The notes beneath the pieces were generated by a model. It worked only from the letters and a program-made list of their open reading frames with translations, had not been told where the DNA came from and made no database searches. Shown here in pieces: positions 60,341 to 64,000 of a DNA stretch of 64,000 bases. Every line of letters begins with the position of its first letter. Position 1 is the first letter of the stretch. Origin of the DNA: Haliangiales bacterium (GTDB lineage: Bacteria; Myxococcota_A; Polyangia; Haliangiales; Haliangiaceae); NCBI GenBank assembly GCA_041916575.1, contig JAYRZI010000002.1, forward strand, positions 21,117-85,116, given 5' to 3'. The translations under genes and the position numbers were made by a program.

Positions 60341-60625
60341 CTAGTCGCCAAGCAGCTCGGCCAGCGAGGCGGCGGTGAAGACCCGCAACGACCAGGCTTC
60401 GACTTGCTCGAGCGTGGCCGCGCGCAGGCGTTGCTCGGCGTGCGGATCGAGCTGGTTGCCGAAGCGCTGCTGCGCCACGCGCAGCGGCAGGCTCCGGCTT
60501 GGCTGCAATCCTTCCTCGCGCCCTTCCTGGCGCCCTTCCATGCGCCCTTCCATGCGCCCTTCCAGGCGTCCCTCCAGACGCCCTTCCAGGCGTCCCTCCT
60601 CGCGGAGTCGCTGTGCAGCGGTCAT
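60341..60625 (-). CDS. Free-standing RpnS-like small protein (94 aa), equivalent to the C-terminal domain of the adjacent Rpn nucleases
   Basis: MTAAQRLREEGRLEGRLEGRLEGRMEGRMEGRQEGREEGLQ...AWSLRVFTAASLAELLGD aligns to the last ~90 aa of the two Rpn proteins. Own SD, CCAAGGAGACCCTC-ATG. Starts 23 bp after the stop of the upstream Rpn gene. Confidence 0.55.
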   Translation of the reverse strand: MTAAQRLREEGRLEGRLEGRLEGRMEGRMEGRQEGREEGLQPSRSLPLRVAQQRFGNQLDPHAEQRLRAATLEQVEAWSLRVFTAASLAELLGD

Positions 60626-60648
60626 GAGGGTCTCCTTGGGCGAGCTAG

Positions 60649-61677
60649 CTAGTCAGCGAACAGCTCGGCTAGCGAGGAGGCGGTGAAGACCCGCAACGAC
60701 CAGGCTTCGACTTGCTCGAGCGAGGCCGCGCGCAGGCGCTGCTCGGCGAGGGGATCGAGCTGGTCGCCGAAGCGCTGCTGTACCACGCGCAGCAGCAGAC
60801 TACGGCTTGGCTGCAATCCTTCCTCGCGCCCTTCTTGGCGCCCTTCCTGACGCCCTTCCAGACGCCCTTCCAGGCGTCCCTCCTCGCGGAGTCGCTGTGC
60901 AGCGGTCATGATGGTCTCCTTGGTGCCGGGCCCAAGCTCGCGTTCGAGTAGCGTCTGCAGCTCATCGGGGGTGGTTCGCTCGTTGACCTCGAGAATATAC
61001 CGCAGGAGCTGGGCCAAGGCATCCAGTCCGTTGGGCGCGGCAGCCACCTCGCGCAGCACATTCATCCAGCGGCCGAGCAGTGCGATCATGTCGGAGTCGG
61101 AGCGCGCCTTCTGGAACAGCACGGCGGTCAGCTTGGCCACCGCCGTCCAGACCTTCTCGCGCAGCTCGTCCTCCGAGGCGTGCGACAGGTCGTGCAACAA
61201 GTAGGCGCACCGCACCAGATACGGTTCGAGCACCGACCGGAGCTCGTGCGGCACCTCGAGCAGGTCCTCGAACGAGCGCGCCTCCTGCCACTGTGCCGCG
61301 CCGTGGTACAGCACCATCGGCACGATCGTTGGCAGCTTGCGAGCCTTGGGATGATCTGCCCACCAACGCTCCCAGATCCGTAGCTGATATCGCAGCAAGC
61401 GGAACGCCATCGGCTCGCCGGTGGGCGGCGAACTCTGGTGCTCGAAGAGGAAGTACAGGAGCGCCTCCTGACCACCGCGCCACCGGGTGGCATACAGCAA
61501 GTCGCTGTGCTGGTGCGCCAGCGCCACATCGACGAAGCTGCCCGGGCACAATGCCAGCACGCGCCAGTCGATCGCTTCGCCAACCTCCGCCGGCACGATC
61601 GTGCGCAACATGCCGCGCGCATGCTCCGGCTGCCCGAATACGGCCTTGAACAGCGCATCATGCGGCGTCCCGTGCAT
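60649..61677 (-). CDS. Rpn-family (YhgA-like, PD-(D/E)XK) recombination-promoting nuclease / putative transposase, copy B
   Basis: N-terminus MHGTPHDALFKAVFGQPEHARGMLRTIVP matches the conserved start of RpnA-E/YhgA proteins. Internal in-frame AAGGAGACCATC-ATG (…KETIMTAAQRLREEG…) precedes the C-terminal domain. Confidence 0.8.
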   Translation of the reverse strand: MHGTPHDALFKAVFGQPEHARGMLRTIVPAEVGEAIDWRVLALCPGSFVDVALAHQHSDLLYATRWRGGQEALLYFLFEHQSSPPTGEPMAFRLLRYQLRIWERWWADHPKARKLPTIVPMVLYHGAAQWQEARSFEDLLEVPHELRSVLEPYLVRCAYLLHDLSHASEDELREKVWTAVAKLTAVLFQKARSDSDMIALLGRWMNVLREVAAAPNGLDALAQLLRYILEVNERTTPDELQTLLERELGPGTKETIMTAAQRLREEGRLEGRLEGRQEGRQEGREEGLQPSRSLLLRVVQQRFGDQLDPLAEQRLRAASLEQVEAWSLRVFTASSLAELFAD

Positions 61678-62049
61678 CGCGAAAACACCCTAATGAAGAG
61701 CGCGATCGCACGGCAAGAAAACGCGCGCGGATCTCGTGTTCAAAGAGCGTCCGAGTCGCGGACGAAAGTCCAGATGAGATCTGCTGGCGGCGATTCCGGA
61801 TCCATTCGTCGCCGAATGAACACGATGCTCCACGTCTTTCTTGCAATCGCTCCGGCGTGGGCATCCGCCCAACGAGAACGGTGGAGTCACCGATCAGGAT
61901 CGGACGAAGGGAAGCCTGCTGCAGGATGCCGCCCGCCATTGATCGCCACTGCCGCCGCCCACCGCGAGCCAGCAAGACGCTGGACGCGCACGGTTCGGCG
62001 CGCATCATCGAGGAGCCGCATCGCCAGGCGACTACGCGCTCGCGGACGG

Positions 62050-63051
62050 TTAGTCGGCGAATAGCTCGGCTAGCGAGGCGGCGGTGAGGATCCGCAACGA
62101 CCACGTTTCTAACTGCTCGAACGTGGCAGTGCGCAGGCGTTGCTCGGCGTGGGGCTCGAGCTGGTTGCCGAAACGCTGCTGTACCATGCGCAGCAGCAGC
62201 AATCGGCCCCGCTGCAACTCCTGTTCTCGCGCCTCCAGACGTCCCTCCTCGCGAAGTCGCTGTGCAGCGGTCATGATGGTCTCCTTGGTGCCTGGCCCAA
62301 GCTCGCGTTCGAGTAGCGTCTGCAGCTCATCGGGGGTGGTGTGCTCGTTGACCTCGAGAATATACCGCAGGAGCTGCGCCAAGGCATCCAGCCCGTTGGG
62401 CGCGGCGGCCACCTCGCGCAGCACGTTCATCCAGCGGCCGAGCAGCGCGATCATGTCGGAGTCGGAGCGCGCCTTCTGGAACAGCACTGCGGTCAGCTTG
62501 GCCACCGCCGTCCAGACTCTCTCTCTCAGCTCGTCCTCCGAGGCGTGCGACAGGTCGTGCAGCAAGTAGGCGCACCGCACCAGATACGACTCGAGCGCCG
62601 GCCGAAGCCCGTGCGGCACCTCGAGCAGGTCCTCGAACGAGCGCGCCTCCTGCCACTGCGCCGCGCCGTGATACAGCACCATCGGCACGATCGCCGGCAG
62701 CTTGCGAGCCTTGGGATGATCAGCCCACCAACGCTCCCAGATCCGGAGCTGATAGCGCAGCAAACGAAACGCCATCGGCTCGCCGGTGGGCGGCGAGCTC
62801 TGGTGCTCAAAGAGAAAGTACAGGAGCGCGTCCTGACCTTCCTGGCCCCCGCGCCACCGGGTGGCATACAGCAAGTCGCTGTGCTGGTGCGCCAGCGCCG
62901 CATCGACGAAGCTGCCCGGGCACAAGGTCAGCACGCGCCAGTCGATCGCCTCGCCAACCGCCGCCGGCACGATCGTGCGCAACATGCCGCGCGCATGCTC
63001 CGGCTGCCCGAACACCGCCTTGAACAGCGCATCATGCGGCGTCCCGTGCAT
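62050..63051 (-). CDS. Rpn-family (YhgA-like) recombination-promoting nuclease / putative transposase, copy C
   Basis: About 90% identical to copy B, with a shorter EGR-repeat linker. Same internal SD+ATG. Confidence 0.8.
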   Translation of the reverse strand: MHGTPHDALFKAVFGQPEHARGMLRTIVPAAVGEAIDWRVLTLCPGSFVDAALAHQHSDLLYATRWRGGQEGQDALLYFLFEHQSSPPTGEPMAFRLLRYQLRIWERWWADHPKARKLPAIVPMVLYHGAAQWQEARSFEDLLEVPHGLRPALESYLVRCAYLLHDLSHASEDELRERVWTAVAKLTAVLFQKARSDSDMIALLGRWMNVLREVAAAPNGLDALAQLLRYILEVNEHTTPDELQTLLERELGPGTKETIMTAAQRLREEGRLEAREQELQRGRLLLLRMVQQRFGNQLEPHAEQRLRTATFEQLETWSLRILTAASLAELFAD

Positions 63052-63347
63052 CGCGAAAACACCCTAATGAAGAGCGCGAGTGCACGGCAGGAAAACGCGC
63101 AGTCGAATTCGTGTTCGCCGCGCGTCCGAAGGGCGGACGAGATCTGCGAGATGCGAAGTCGGATTCATTCGTCGCGGAATGCGCACGATGCTCCACGGTG
63201 TTCTTGCAGGCCGCGCTGGCCGAGCTGCTGTAGCACCACCGACTCGAGCCCTGGCACTTCCTCATGCACACGTGCGAGTGAGCACACCGGCTCAGCACGG
63301 CCAGTGGCCTCGGAGCACGACGCTCTGCAAGGTATCGGCGACCCAGC

Positions 63348-63534
63348 CATGGACCTTTCGAGGCTCGCACCAGACCTGCCCCTCATCGGCTGTGCTGATC
63401 GGGACCCAGACGATCGCGTCGATGTCACGTTGAACCGCTGGATGCTATCGCTCAGCCCCGAGCAACGCCTGGACGTGCTGCAGTCGTTCCTCGACAGCAT
63501 TGCTGAGCTCACGGGTGAACAGGCCTCAGGCTAA
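63348..63534 (+). CDS. Small hypothetical protein (61 aa), possibly a partner of the downstream nucleotidyltransferase-like gene
   Basis: ORF MDLSRLAPDLPLIGCADRDPDDRVDVTLNRWMLSLSPEQRLDVLQSFLDSIAELTGEQASG ends 10 bp before the next ATG. Weak evidence; it could be non-coding. Confidence 0.25.
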
Positions 63535-63544
63535 CTTCGAGGAG

Positions 63545-64000
63545 ATGCTGACGGCCCTCGCGCAGCACGAGGTGTCGTTCATCGTCGTCGGGGGTGTGGC
63601 CGCGGTGCTCGCTGGGGCTCCGATCTCCACGTTCGACCTGGACATCGTGCACGAGAGGAGCCCCGCGAACGTGGCGCGGCTTCTGTCGGCGCTGACGCAG
63701 ATGGAAGCTCGTTACCGCGACCCAGGGGTGTCGGACCCGGAGAACCCCCAGGCCGCGCGCTCCAACGGGCGAGTCATCCCGACGCTGCAAGCACTACTCG
63801 GCGAGGGGCATCACCTGCTGATGACTCGGTTTGGCCCCCTCGATGTGCTCGGTAAGGTTGGTGTAGGTCCGGGCGCCGCTGGCCGTGGATACGAAGAGCT
63901 GGTGTCGGAGAGTTCTCTGCTGGCCGTGGGCTCGCTGCGGGTCCGGGTGCTCGGCTTGCGAGCCTTGATCCGGAGCAAGCAGGATGCTGGCCGGGACAAG
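63545..64000 (+). CDS. Nucleotidyltransferase-fold-like hypothetical protein, 5' portion (runs off the window end)
   Basis: MLTALAQHEVSFIVVGGVAAVLAGAPISTFDLDIVHERSPANVARLL... hG[GS]...D.D pattern of minimal nucleotidyltransferases. Open to the end of the window. Confidence 0.4.
   Translation, partial: MLTALAQHEVSFIVVGGVAAVLAGAPISTFDLDIVHERSPANVARLLSALTQMEARYRDPGVSDPENPQAARSNGRVIPTLQALLGEGHHLLMTRFGPLDVLGKVGVGPGAAGRGYEELVSESSLLAVGSLRVRVLGLRALIRSKQDAGRDK

Overview
This is a 64-kb, roughly 70% GC chromosomal segment whose gene content points to a myxobacterium (Myxococcota), possibly Haliangium-like, though I cannot confirm the organism from sequence alone. The evidence is two tandem PilT paralogs, a GldA/GldF/GldG-like ABC operon with a DUF4340 gene, several Ser/Thr kinases, a sigma-54 activator with an FHA domain, and lipoproteins with thrombospondin-type-3 repeats. 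Coding density is high, and many long ORFs in the six-frame track are antisense artefacts of the GC bias. Blocks from 5' to 3':
(1) Partial hypothetical gene, universal stress protein, LysR regulator.
(2) A REP-associated tyrosine transposase (RAYT) flanked on both sides by inverted arrays of REP/BIME-like repeats with (CT)n microsatellites, and an AraC-family gene truncated by this insertion zone.
(3) A seven-gene minus-strand operon: HlyD-family protein, C39-peptidase ABC transporter, peptidase-dead ABC transporter, outer-membrane factor, an unknown 586-aa protein, an APH-like kinase and an isochorismatase-like hydrolase. This resembles an NHLM-type RiPP/bacteriocin export cassette with unrecognised tailoring genes. 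It is preceded by two tandem modules, each a micro-ORF (14-15 aa, perfect SD) followed by an intrinsic terminator, in a low-GC island.
(4) M13 peptidase with an HDxxH motif, pyruvate kinase, 5'-nucleotidase, lipoprotein and outer-membrane-type proteins.
(5) A compact operon of two BMC vertex (EutN/CcmL) genes, a class II aldolase with a C-terminal amphipathic tail, and an alkaline-phosphatase-superfamily enzyme, with a 3D-domain protein just upstream. This looks like a satellite bacterial microcompartment (BMC) locus.
(6) AlkB-like gene, ComF, a giant OmpA-anchored surface protein with Ig-like repeats, two PilT paralogs (one with a long repetitive N-terminal extension), and the gldAFG-like operon.
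(7) Duplicated TSP3 lipoprotein genes.
(8) A signalling island: Ser/Thr kinase plus ECF sigma, FHA sigma-54 activator, and a Ser/Thr-kinase + P-loop NTPase + TM + FGE-like multidomain protein translationally coupled to a DUF4347-like protein.
(9) A tandem array of Rpn (YhgA-like) nuclease genes, each with an internal SD+ATG for a C-terminal RpnS-like product, plus a free-standing RpnS-like gene.
(10) A partial nucleotidyltransferase-like gene at the window end.
No rRNA, tRNA or CRISPR array was recognised.
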